From positions 3,392,001 through 3,456,000 of the forward strand of contig OY759353.1 in the NCBI GenBank assembly GCA_963662315.1: a stretch of 64,000 nt of DNA, written 5' to 3'. Shown here one piece after another: positions 29,694 through 37,777 of the stretch. The notes below the pieces were generated by a model. That model was not told where the DNA came from. It searched no databases and worked only from the letters and a program-made list of their open reading frames with translations. The stretch comes from Geopsychrobacteraceae bacterium. GTDB lineage: Bacteria > Desulfobacterota > Desulfuromonadia > Desulfuromonadales > Geopsychrobacteraceae. The translations under genes and the position numbers were made by a program. Every line of letters begins with the position of its first letter. Position 1 is the stretch's first letter.

Positions 29694-29735
29694 TGTATAA
29701 CTCCCGTATGCTGCTGTTGGTTGATAGATAATCAG

Positions 29736-29766
29736 AGCCTACGGGTTAGAGCTTACTCTAAGTCAA
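29736..29766 (-). promoter_or_regulatory. MerR-type promoter of the CMD gene
   Basis: TTGACT-19 nt-TAGGCT with dyad TTAGAGTAAGCTCTAA in the spacer. Confidence 0.8.
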
Positions 29767-30130
29767 GGGAAACTTGACCATCGACAAGCTTCTCGTAATA
29801 AGCGATTTTATCTTTGATCTTTTCAAGGTGGCGCTGCTCTTCGGCAATCTTATTCTCCAGGGCCGTCGCATGGTTAATCAACAGATCCATCCGTGAGCTT
29901 GCGGTATTATCCCCCTGTTCGCGCAGCTCAGCATATTTTTTGATTTGTTCCAAGGGCATCCCTGTTTCTTTTAACCTGGTGATAAACTCTGCCCACAGCA
30001 GATCCCTTTGGTTATAGTCACGGTGTCCGGAACTATTGCGATTAACCTGCTTAAAGATGCCCATTTTTTCATAATATCGCAGGGTGTAGGATGAGATACC
30101 GGTAAGCTTGGAAAACTCTTTAATATTCAT
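29753..30130 (-). CDS. MerR family transcriptional regulator (AdhR-like)
   Basis: MNIKEFSKLTGISSYTLRYYEKMG, SGHRDY, LKETGMPL. Confidence 0.9.
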   Translation of the reverse strand: MNIKEFSKLTGISSYTLRYYEKMGIFKQVNRNSSGHRDYNQRDLLWAEFITRLKETGMPLEQIKKYAELREQGDNTASSRMDLLINHATALENKIAEEQRHLEKIKDKIAYYEKLVDGQVSLDLE

Positions 30131-30180
30131 GGTGTCACCAGAAGAGTAGGGTGGAAAGCAGCTATAAAAATGGTAGGGAG

Positions 30181-30226
30181 ATTCGGGGGACAGGATAGAG
30201 AACTCCAAACTATCCTGTCTCCGAAT
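30181..30226. repeat. REP-like inverted doublet related to the RAYT-flanking repeats
   Basis: ATTCGGGGGACAGGATAG...CTATCCTGTCTCCGAAT; shares the GGGGACAG core. Confidence 0.6.
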
Positions 30227-30477
30227 TTCTCATTTACTTTATATAAACAGTGCCTTTTTGATCAACTGTTCCCTGGCATTTGCTGCATCGAGGACATTTT
30301 CCAACATAAACAGGGGACAGTCTGTTTGTTTAGCTCATATATGGTCTTAAAGAATTGTTCCATTTTAGCAAAAGGAATCACCTCCATATCGTCATACCGA
30401 TCGGCGGTCAGGGTGATTCCATAGCACTTGTGAAATGTTACTTTACGGTGATTCACTTTGTCATGTGAGGAGAAATA

Positions 30478-30894
30478 ATGAAAAACCTGTTATGCGGATT
30501 ATGCGTGTTCTTTTGCTTTGCAGCTAATCTCTGGGCTCAAGAAGAAAGTGCCATCAAGGTTGAAGTATTGACCCAGACCCATGCAAGCTGGGATGGGACG
30601 ACTCTTCCGGGCTATCCAAAGGGCAAGCCGGAGATAACGATACTACGGATCAAAATTCCGCCAAACGTACAATTGCCTGTGCATGAACATCCGGTGATAA
30701 ATGCCGGGGTATTATTAACAGGAGAACTAACGGTCGTGACAAAAGACCAGGAGACTTTGCACCTTAAAGCCGGAGATTCCATCGTTGAAGTAGTTGGTAA
30801 GTGGCACTATGGAATAAATGAAGGCAATGAAACGGCAGAGATTATCGTTTTCTATGCTGGTGAGCAGGGATCACCGATAACCATAAAGCACTAG
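30478..30894 (+). CDS. Exported cupin domain protein
   Basis: Signal peptide, HEHPVINAG, EVVGKWHYG; GAGGAG SD. Confidence 0.85.
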   Translation: MKNLLCGLCVFFCFAANLWAQEESAIKVEVLTQTHASWDGTTLPGYPKGKPEITILRIKIPPNVQLPVHEHPVINAGVLLTGELTVVTKDQETLHLKAGDSIVEVVGKWHYGINEGNETAEIIVFYAGEQGSPITIKH

Positions 30895-30935
30895 GTAATG
30901 ATTGTAAATTTTGGTTCTGATTTTAAGCTTAGAGA

Positions 30936-31827
30936 AAAATGCCAGCGGCATTTTTGCGGTTCTGGCCATCAGGCGCACATTGCGCCGTCGGCCGGCTGGT
31001 TAGATGCTGGATGTTTCCTTGGAGAACCGACGCCCGAGTCCGGACCCTTTAAAGAAGGGCGTTTTGTGCTTACTATTTGTCGCCCGCCTGGGACAAATAG
31101 TAAGGCGTCGTGCGGGGCGCAACCCAGCGACCTTGCTTGTTTTTTTAAAAATCATAAAAGACAACACCGCCGGGTCCCGGCCCGGCAGCCGGATTCATTT
31201 TTTCCAGCGATGAAAAAACGAATCAAAAAAATCTTTTAAGATCAAACACACTGACGAGAATAGATTTGATCTACGTTTAATCGTTGCTACTAGTAGTTAA
31301 CAGATCGCCCAACGATGCTGTCGCATCCATGGGCAGAATCGAATTGAAGTGGAGATATCAAAATGCCAACGGCATTTTTGCGGTTCTGGCCATCAGGCGC
31401 ACATTGCGCCGTCGACCGGCTGGTTTAGATGCTGGCTGTTCCTTTGGAGAGACGAAGTCCGAGTCCGGACCCTTTAAAGAAGGACGTTTTGTGCTTACTA
31501 TTTGTCGCCCGCCTGGGACAAATAGTAAGGCGTCGTGCGGGGCGCAACCCCGCGACCTTGCTTGTTTTATTTAAGTCATAAAAGACAACACCGGCGGGTC
31601 CCGGCCCGCCAGCCGGATTCATTTTTTCCAGCGATGAAAAACGAATCAAAAAAATCTTTTAAGATCAAACACACTGACGATAGTAGATTCGATCTACGCT
31701 TTATCGTTGCAACCAGCAATGAACAGAGCGCCCAACGATGCTGTTGCATCCATGGGCAGAATCGAATTGAAATGAATACAGGAAAATGCCAGCGGCATTT
31801 TTTCGGTTCTGGCCATCAGGTGCGCAT
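30936..31827. repeat. Tandem array of ~424-bp hairpin-rich units (2 full + 1 partial)
   Basis: AAAATGCC unit starts at 30936, 31360 and 31783. Confidence 0.92.
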
Positions 31828-31869
31828 AGAGGTGGCCCCAGTTGACTGAACAGGTCGGGTTCGGTATGT

Positions 31870-32101
31870 CGGGCAGGCTCATGGGACTTCGTCATGTTGT
31901 GCTGACTTGCCCGGATACCCGGCCTTATATACTGTTTCTGTTCGTCGGCTCACAGCTTTCACTCGGGCTTCCTTCAGACCTCTCCTCACGGAGACGCCCT
32001 TGCCGTCGGCTAGTACTTTAATGACATCACATAGATGTGATGCTAGGATTCTACGTACAGGGGACTTTCACCCCATAAAATCACGCCCATGACGGGCGTA
32101 C
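31870..32101 (-). mobile_element. 5' fragment (domain I) of a group IIC-attC intron, no RT ORF
   Basis: Minus strand begins GTACGCCCGTCATGGGCGTG...GTGAAAGTCCC...GTACTAGCCGACGGCAAGGGCG...CTGAAGGAAGCCCG; abuts an attC; left limit approximate. Confidence 0.75.
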
Positions 32102-32170
32102 ACCAGGCAAATCAACTCGGATGCAAATTCCGCTGCGCTCCCTTTGCACCGGTTATTTGCAACGTTATCC
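32102..32170 (+). other. attC site with R'' end interrupted by the intron
   Basis: GCAAATCAACTCGGATGCAAA / TTTGCACCGGTTATTTGC imperfect arms, R' GTTATCC at 32164. Confidence 0.7.
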
Positions 32171-32206
32171 GTATCGGTATAGACTGACGCAAGGAGAAAG
32201 TTCTTA

Positions 32207-32926
32207 ATGCAGACGCAGATATTGCAAGACGGAGCCGACTCATTCGAAGTCTCGGTTTACGAAGCCGCGAGTGGTTCCCCGGTGGCGCTTTTCGCAGTAG
32301 GATCGGGTGGCCAGCCGGAACGTCACACCTCTCTTTTGGAGGCACTGGCTAAATCTGGTTTCACGGTCGTTGCACCACACTTCGAGCGGCTTACCTCTCC
32401 GAAACCTAGCGAAACAGACTTGATGCTTCGGGCAAGGCGTTTATCTCTCGCGCTCGACGCATTCGTTCAACCCGGCGCAACAGCTGTGGGTATTGGGCAC
32501 TCTATCGGCGCAACGACCCTTATTGCTCTGGCGGGAGGGCAAATGTGGTTAGGGCCTGGCTGTCTCGTCAATATCACTCCGGATAGCCGATTGACCCGGC
32601 TCACCCTATTGGCGCCACCCACCGGTTTTTTCCAGGCTCCTGGTGCACTTGATGCGGTAAGGGTTCCAATTTTCGCATGGGTGGGTTCCGAAGATAGCAT
32701 CACTCCTCCTGCCCAAACTGAATGGTTGGCTCATGCCATGTGTGATAGGCAAATGGTCGATGTTCGCATCACCGAAGGCGCGGGCCATTTCTCGTTCATG
32801 GATCAGCCTCCGCCGCAAACCACGGAGCCGTTGCAAAACAAGCTGGCATTTCTTGCTGAGTATTCAAGTGAGGTTTGTAAGTTTTTGGTGGGCGAAGGAG
32901 CACGGTCCATGGTGAACGGCAAATGA
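32207..32926 (+). CDS. Alpha/beta hydrolase (cassette gene)
   Basis: GHSIG nucleophile elbow, EDSITP, AGHFSF. Confidence 0.8.
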   Translation: MQTQILQDGADSFEVSVYEAASGSPVALFAVGSGGQPERHTSLLEALAKSGFTVVAPHFERLTSPKPSETDLMLRARRLSLALDAFVQPGATAVGIGHSIGATTLIALAGGQMWLGPGCLVNITPDSRLTRLTLLAPPTGFFQAPGALDAVRVPIFAWVGSEDSITPPAQTEWLAHAMCDRQMVDVRITEGAGHFSFMDQPPPQTTEPLQNKLAFLAEYSSEVCKFLVGEGARSMVNGK

Positions 32927-33037
32927 CAAGTGACACGGATCATCAGCCGACGCTCGTACCTCGTGCGGCTGATGGCAGCCATTTTTTGCACGAACTATTT
33001 AGCGTAGGTTTTTCCTACAGACTCGTTAGGCCTCTGA

Positions 33038-33637
33038 ATGATTAAGAAGCTCCTACATAATGCTTTAACCCTTTTAGCCGGGCTCACAATTGGCTATTCC
33101 ATTATGGAATTCAAGGTTGCTTTGAGTCTCGGAGAATCAGTACTTTCTTTCATTGTAAATAAGGCAACTGGTGACATCCTGCTTTCACTGACCGGAAACC
33201 AAAAACTGAACGACTACATTTTCATTGCAATCTACCATTTAATTATTTTTTCACCTTTTTTAATTTTTTGCGCCGTTGTTTCATCAATAATTATCTGTAA
33301 GATTGAGAAGAAAAGGTTATTTGCATACTCTATACTAACGTGGCCCATATTTTTGTTAGTTTCAAGATTCATCATCGTAGAGTACTTACGCTCTTATAAT
33401 AAGAAGAATAGTTATATTTTAGCCCAATTATTGTCAGTTAGAGCAGCAGATGTTTCTTTTGAAATATTCTTAATTTATAGCTACTTTTTTACATACATGA
33501 CTCTTTCATATAAGCTTTTTAACAGAATAATGAATAGGCCTAACAAGCTAATATCTTTAGATAAATCAAGCGATCAACCCGATGGAACGAAGGCGGCCGA
33601 AATTCGCAAGAAGTTTACGGGATTGAAACGCCACTGA
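33038..33637 (+). CDS. AT-rich hypothetical membrane protein (cassette gene)
   Basis: Several TM segments; preceded by GTTAGGCCT, with complementary AGGCCTAAC at 33536. Confidence 0.6.
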   Translation: MIKKLLHNALTLLAGLTIGYSIMEFKVALSLGESVLSFIVNKATGDILLSLTGNQKLNDYIFIAIYHLIIFSPFLIFCAVVSSIIICKIEKKRLFAYSILTWPIFLLVSRFIIVEYLRSYNKKNSYILAQLLSVRAADVSFEIFLIYSYFFTYMTLSYKLFNRIMNRPNKLISLDKSSDQPDGTKAAEIRKKFTGLKRH

Positions 33638-33661
33638 GCTGCTGGTTATTTAACGTTATGG
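33538..33661 (+). other. Degenerate attC site
   Basis: GCCTAAC...GGTTATTTAAC-GTTATGG; internal arms poorly paired. Confidence 0.5.
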
Positions 33662-33702
33662 CAGAGCGACAGAATTTATCTTTGACGAACAAGTGGGTTT
33701 GC

Positions 33703-33785
33703 ATGAATGTGATTTATCTTCTCACATATCCAACAGGAAAATTTACATCGGTCAGGATCGGACCAATAGCATAAATTATTTTGCC
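33703..33785 (+). pseudogene. Frameshifted, truncated GIY-YIG nuclease remnant
   Basis: MNVIYLLTYPTGK then, after a 1-nt frameshift, IYIGQDRTNSINYF. Confidence 0.55.
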
Positions 33786-33943
33786 ATAAAATCAAAACAC
33801 ATCGATATCATTGACTTATTGCACTAAAACATAACCCTTCTCTGTCCCCCAAGATGCGACGACCAGCAGGGTCTATCCTTTCGAGCTACAAGCGTTCCTA
33901 CCCCTCTCTCGCCAGGTTACCGGGTGATCCCGCCTATCTGATC

Positions 33944-33978
33944 GACACTTTGTTACAATTCCAGACAATCTTTCGACA
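33944..33978 (+). promoter_or_regulatory. OmpR/RstA-type direct-repeat binding site
   Basis: (G/T)ACA repeated with ACA at 33945, 33955, 33965 and 33976, upstream of an operon encoding an RstA-like regulator. Confidence 0.5.
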
Positions 33979-34053
33979 GGATTTATTATTCATATCCGGC
34001 ACAATTCTGAGTGTGTCAGTAGATTAAGGATATTTTTCAGGAGGATAGGGATA

Positions 34054-35136
34054 ATGCGTTTACTCAGGGTTGGTTGTGTCAAAAAAGCTGGAGAGATGTC
34101 ATTCGTGGCCCAGTCGTATCGGTTTGCCCACAGATTTATGGGCCGGTTGTTGGTTGCGCTCCTGTTGAGCTGTCTGAGCGGTGTCTCTGCGCAGGCTACG
34201 GAGCAGGAGGATAAGGCGGTCTCCGGGTTTCATGGTTTTATAATGATCGGCGGGGGGGCGATTTATTCGCAATCCAGTAATACCAATAAAAAAATTGAGT
34301 CCCTGAATGATTCAGGCAAGGGGGAAACCAAAGCCATTCCTGTGCTGATGTTGAATCTGGGTTACACCTTTGCTCACAATAACAGTGCTACGTCCCTGTG
34401 GATTGGCACGGGGGCGGACATGTCGGCTGACGACATGTCCGGTTTTTCTGTCGGTCTGAGCCAGAGCTTTCCCGACAGCACAACGATTGCCCTGACCTAT
34501 ACGCCAGCTATTGCAAAGGACGAAGACTGGAAAGATCCATTTCTGGTCGGAGTCAAGCGGAGCGAAACCGATACCAGTGAACAATCGCTCGCTATTGAAA
34601 TTTCGTCCATCCTGGGCACGCCATTGAGCCTGTCCTATTCTTTCAGCGCTATGGATATCGATGCAGAACAGTCCGGCATCAGTCTGTTGGGATCCCGTTT
34701 GACTAGCGCCGATCTGAAAAAACTGCGGCGTCAGGGGCAAGAGCACAGTATCGAATTGACGTATGATATCCCCATGGGCGAGCGCATGTTGCTTAGTCCC
34801 ATGGCCTATTATGTCAGGGCTGAACTGGATGGCAGCGCCAATGCCTTTAACGGTTATGGCGGCGGTCTGGAGGTTAGCCTCGATCTGGGGCGTATTGGTG
34901 TGAAAGCGAATACCACCATCGGTACGGCTGATTTTGATGAACGACATCCGGTCTTTGATAAGACCCGTCACGATATGAGCCTGGGGACGAGTATCCAGGT
35001 GAGTTACTCTGAGTTGTTCGGTTACGATAGCCTGACCCTTAATCTTCTGGCCGGGTACGCCAAGCAGTACAGCAATATCGATTTTTATGAAGCTCAGGGA
35101 GCTTACGGCGGTATGGGCGTGGCCTGGTCCTTTTAA
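34054..35136 (+). CDS. Outer-membrane beta-barrel protein (DUF2860-like)
   Basis: Signal peptide, WKDPFLVG..RSETD, SNIDFYE, C-terminal Phe; start codon uncertain. Confidence 0.7.
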   Translation: MRLLRVGCVKKAGEMSFVAQSYRFAHRFMGRLLVALLLSCLSGVSAQATEQEDKAVSGFHGFIMIGGGAIYSQSSNTNKKIESLNDSGKGETKAIPVLMLNLGYTFAHNNSATSLWIGTGADMSADDMSGFSVGLSQSFPDSTTIALTYTPAIAKDEDWKDPFLVGVKRSETDTSEQSLAIEISSILGTPLSLSYSFSAMDIDAEQSGISLLGSRLTSADLKKLRRQGQEHSIELTYDIPMGERMLLSPMAYYVRAELDGSANAFNGYGGGLEVSLDLGRIGVKANTTIGTADFDERHPVFDKTRHDMSLGTSIQVSYSELFGYDSLTLNLLAGYAKQYSNIDFYEAQGAYGGMGVAWSF

Positions 35137-35168
35137 GAGCGCTGATCCTTACAGGGGAGTGGATTATC

Positions 35169-36575
35169 ATGGCGAAGGTCGTCCTCTTATGCCTGATTTG
35201 GACGGGGCTGCTGTACGGTTGCTCAGCGGTAACTCCTTATGCTGAGCAGCCCCTCCACGTTGATGTCCCGGAGCAATGGCAGGCGGAGGGCACGGTTGAT
35301 GCCGCTATCAGCCGTGAGCCGACGGCCTGGCTGCACGATTTTGACAGTGTCGCCCTGCACAACTTTGTTGCTGTGGTGTTGGCCAATAATATCGATATCA
35401 AGACTGCAGCGGCCCGCATGGAACTCTCCCGCCAGGCTTTGGAGATCAGTTCCGGCCAGCGTTGGCCGCAGTTGACAGTGGATTTGAAACAAGAAAAAAC
35501 GCATTCAGAAAAAAACGGTGACAGTTTCCATGAGCAGACCCTTTCTGTTCTGGCCAGTGTGACTTGGGAACTCGATCTGTGGGGGCGCCTGGCGGATCTG
35601 GTGAGAGCCGATGGTGCCGACTATCGGGCCGCAGCCCATGATTTTCAGAGTGTCAGACTCTCCTTTGTGGCCCAGACGGTCAGGGCTTGGTTGCGCAGTG
35701 TTGCTGCTGGACGCTCCCTGTCCCTGGTTCAGCAGACCTGCGCTTCCCTGCAGGTTAGTGAAGAGCATCAGCAGCGTTACTATGAGCGCGGTCTGATTCA
35801 GGCTGAGGATGTTCGGCAGCTTCGTGATGAGCGCCTGCGTTGTGAAGAACAATTGAGTGAGCTGGCGCGGCGTCAGCGCGAGGAGCTGCGCCAGCTGCAA
35901 TTGCTGGCTGGTGTGTATCCTGCGGCAAACCTGCTTACCGATCAGGAACTGCCTCTGATCGATACGCAGATTCCGGCCGGTTTGCCGGCCACGCTGTTGG
36001 AACGACGACCAGATATTCTAGCGGCTAAGGAACGGATCGTGGCTCTAGACGCGCGGACACTTGCGGCGCAAAAAAAATTGTTGCCGACATTGAGTCTCAC
36101 CGCTTCGGGGGGGCTGGCCAGCAGTGATCTGCACAACCTGCTCCGGCATGGCGGCAGTACCTGGGATCTGGTTTCTAATCTGACCTTGCCCCTGTTTCAA
36201 GGAGGAGCCCTCAGAGGACAGATAGCGGTCAATTCCAGCCAGGCCCGCCTGGCTTGGCTCGATTATAAGAAAACGGTTCTCAATGCCTTTGCCGAAGTGG
36301 AAAGTGCTCTGGACAAGGAGCAGGATCTGTGTCGACGCGAACAGGGAAAACAGCGTGATCTCGCCCATGCTGTCAACCACGAACAGACCTTGTGGCAGCA
36401 TTATCTGAGTGGAGATGAAAGCTTGACGAGGGTTCTGGCGGCGCGGCGCCAGATACTAACCGACCGCCGTGATCTGCTGGAACTGAAAACCGAGCGCTTG
36501 CTTAACCGGGTCCAGCTGCACCTGGCTTTAGGTGGTTCTTTCTCCGTTTCCCAAGAACTAATCAGTAGAATATAG
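35169..36575 (+). CDS. Efflux outer-membrane factor lipoprotein (NodT/OprM family)
   Basis: Lipobox LYGC, WELDLWGR, LLERRPDI, LHLALGG. Confidence 0.9.
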   Translation: MAKVVLLCLIWTGLLYGCSAVTPYAEQPLHVDVPEQWQAEGTVDAAISREPTAWLHDFDSVALHNFVAVVLANNIDIKTAAARMELSRQALEISSGQRWPQLTVDLKQEKTHSEKNGDSFHEQTLSVLASVTWELDLWGRLADLVRADGADYRAAAHDFQSVRLSFVAQTVRAWLRSVAAGRSLSLVQQTCASLQVSEEHQQRYYERGLIQAEDVRQLRDERLRCEEQLSELARRQREELRQLQLLAGVYPAANLLTDQELPLIDTQIPAGLPATLLERRPDILAAKERIVALDARTLAAQKKLLPTLSLTASGGLASSDLHNLLRHGGSTWDLVSNLTLPLFQGGALRGQIAVNSSQARLAWLDYKKTVLNAFAEVESALDKEQDLCRREQGKQRDLAHAVNHEQTLWQHYLSGDESLTRVLAARRQILTDRRDLLELKTERLLNRVQLHLALGGSFSVSQELISRI

Positions 36576-36580
36576 ATGAT

Positions 36581-37777
36581 ATGAAAATCAGCTTAGCTTT
36601 CTTTTCACAAAACCATACACGCTTCTGGCAACTGCTTTTGCCTCTGCTGTTCACGGTTCTGACCCTGGTTATTGCCGCAGGATTTCTGTTCCGCACTGAG
36701 GATGAGCCGCCCCGGAAAATAGTACAGTCCTCCCAGCCGGTTGTGGTTACCGGGATGACCGTTACTCAGTCCGCAGAACCGCCTCCCCTGCGCCTGCATG
36801 GTACGGTAACACCCCGTTACCGGCTGCAGCTGAGTACCGAGGTCAGTGGCAAGGTGGTATTCCTCAATCGAAAATTCGTGGTCGGGGGGTATGTCAAGGC
36901 TGGCGAGCTCCTGATCGGTTTGGATGACAGCTCCTACCGCTATGAGCTGACCGCTCTCAAGGCTGAGCTGGCCAGCGCTGATCTTGAGCTGCAACGGGAA
37001 ATGGAGCGGGCCAGCCTGGCGGCCAGGGACTGGCGGGAGTTCGGCCATGGTATTGCTCCTCCTTTGGTGTTGCGCACGCCGCAATTGGCGGCCGCCAGAG
37101 CCACTTTCGAAAAAGCCGAGGCTGACTTGAAAAGGGCCACTCTGGAACAGCAGAAAACTGCGATCCGAGCACCTTTTGACGCGCTGGTGGTGGGTCTGAC
37201 CGTCAGTCCTGGAAGTGTTGTCAGTGCCGGGGCACCGGTGGCGGAACTGTTCAGTACCTCCAGTGCCGAAATTCGTCTGCCCGTGTCTCCTCAACAGGCA
37301 GCCTTGATCCGTTTGCCCGCAGCAGGTGAGCAGGAGGCGGTGACTATCAGCTGGAAACAGGGGACAAGACCCATGCTGCGCCAGGGCTATCTTGTACGTA
37401 GCGAAGGTTTTTTTGACCCGCACTCAAGGTTCACTCATGCCCTGGTTGAAGTGCCTGACCCCTATGCTTTGCAAGGGGCTGAGACAGCACTGGCTATGGG
37501 GCGTTTTGTCGAGGTGGCTCTTCCCTTGGTTTCTTTGACCGGCGCGGTTCAGTTGCCGGAGACCGCTCTGGTTGACGAGCACCATATTCTGCGAGTCAAC
37601 AGCTATCAGCAGCTCGAATATGTGCCAGTGACTCTGGTACATCGCTATGGTGATTCCATTGTCGTGACCGGAGCGTTGAAGGCCGGAGACACCATTGTCA
37701 GCGTGCCCCCGGCCTATCCGGTGGCAGGGATGAAGGTCCGGGTTGTGCCTGCAGAAAAGGACCCGTCTCATGGCTGA
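36581..37777 (+). CDS. RND efflux periplasmic adaptor (MFP)
   Basis: EVSGKV, IRAPFDA, coiled-coil hairpin. Confidence 0.88.
   Translation: MKISLAFFSQNHTRFWQLLLPLLFTVLTLVIAAGFLFRTEDEPPRKIVQSSQPVVVTGMTVTQSAEPPPLRLHGTVTPRYRLQLSTEVSGKVVFLNRKFVVGGYVKAGELLIGLDDSSYRYELTALKAELASADLELQREMERASLAARDWREFGHGIAPPLVLRTPQLAAARATFEKAEADLKRATLEQQKTAIRAPFDALVVGLTVSPGSVVSAGAPVAELFSTSSAEIRLPVSPQQAALIRLPAAGEQEAVTISWKQGTRPMLRQGYLVRSEGFFDPHSRFTHALVEVPDPYALQGAETALAMGRFVEVALPLVSLTGAVQLPETALVDEHHILRVNSYQQLEYVPVTLVHRYGDSIVVTGALKAGDTIVSVPPAYPVAGMKVRVVPAEKDPSHG

Noticed and set aside
30936..31827. Possible CRISPR array
   Set aside because: Units are ~424 bp with no short repeat/unique spacer structure, and no cas genes are present
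28988..31849. ORFs of 60-113 aa in the repeats (29006, 29037, 30898, 31004, 31284, 31535 etc.)
   Set aside because: Frames differ between copies because of indels; they are translations of a non-coding hairpin repeat
31828..31870. GAGGTGGCCCCAGTTGACTGAACA, possibly an IS3-like end at the repeat/intron junction
   Set aside because: No partner end or transposase; resemblance too weak to call
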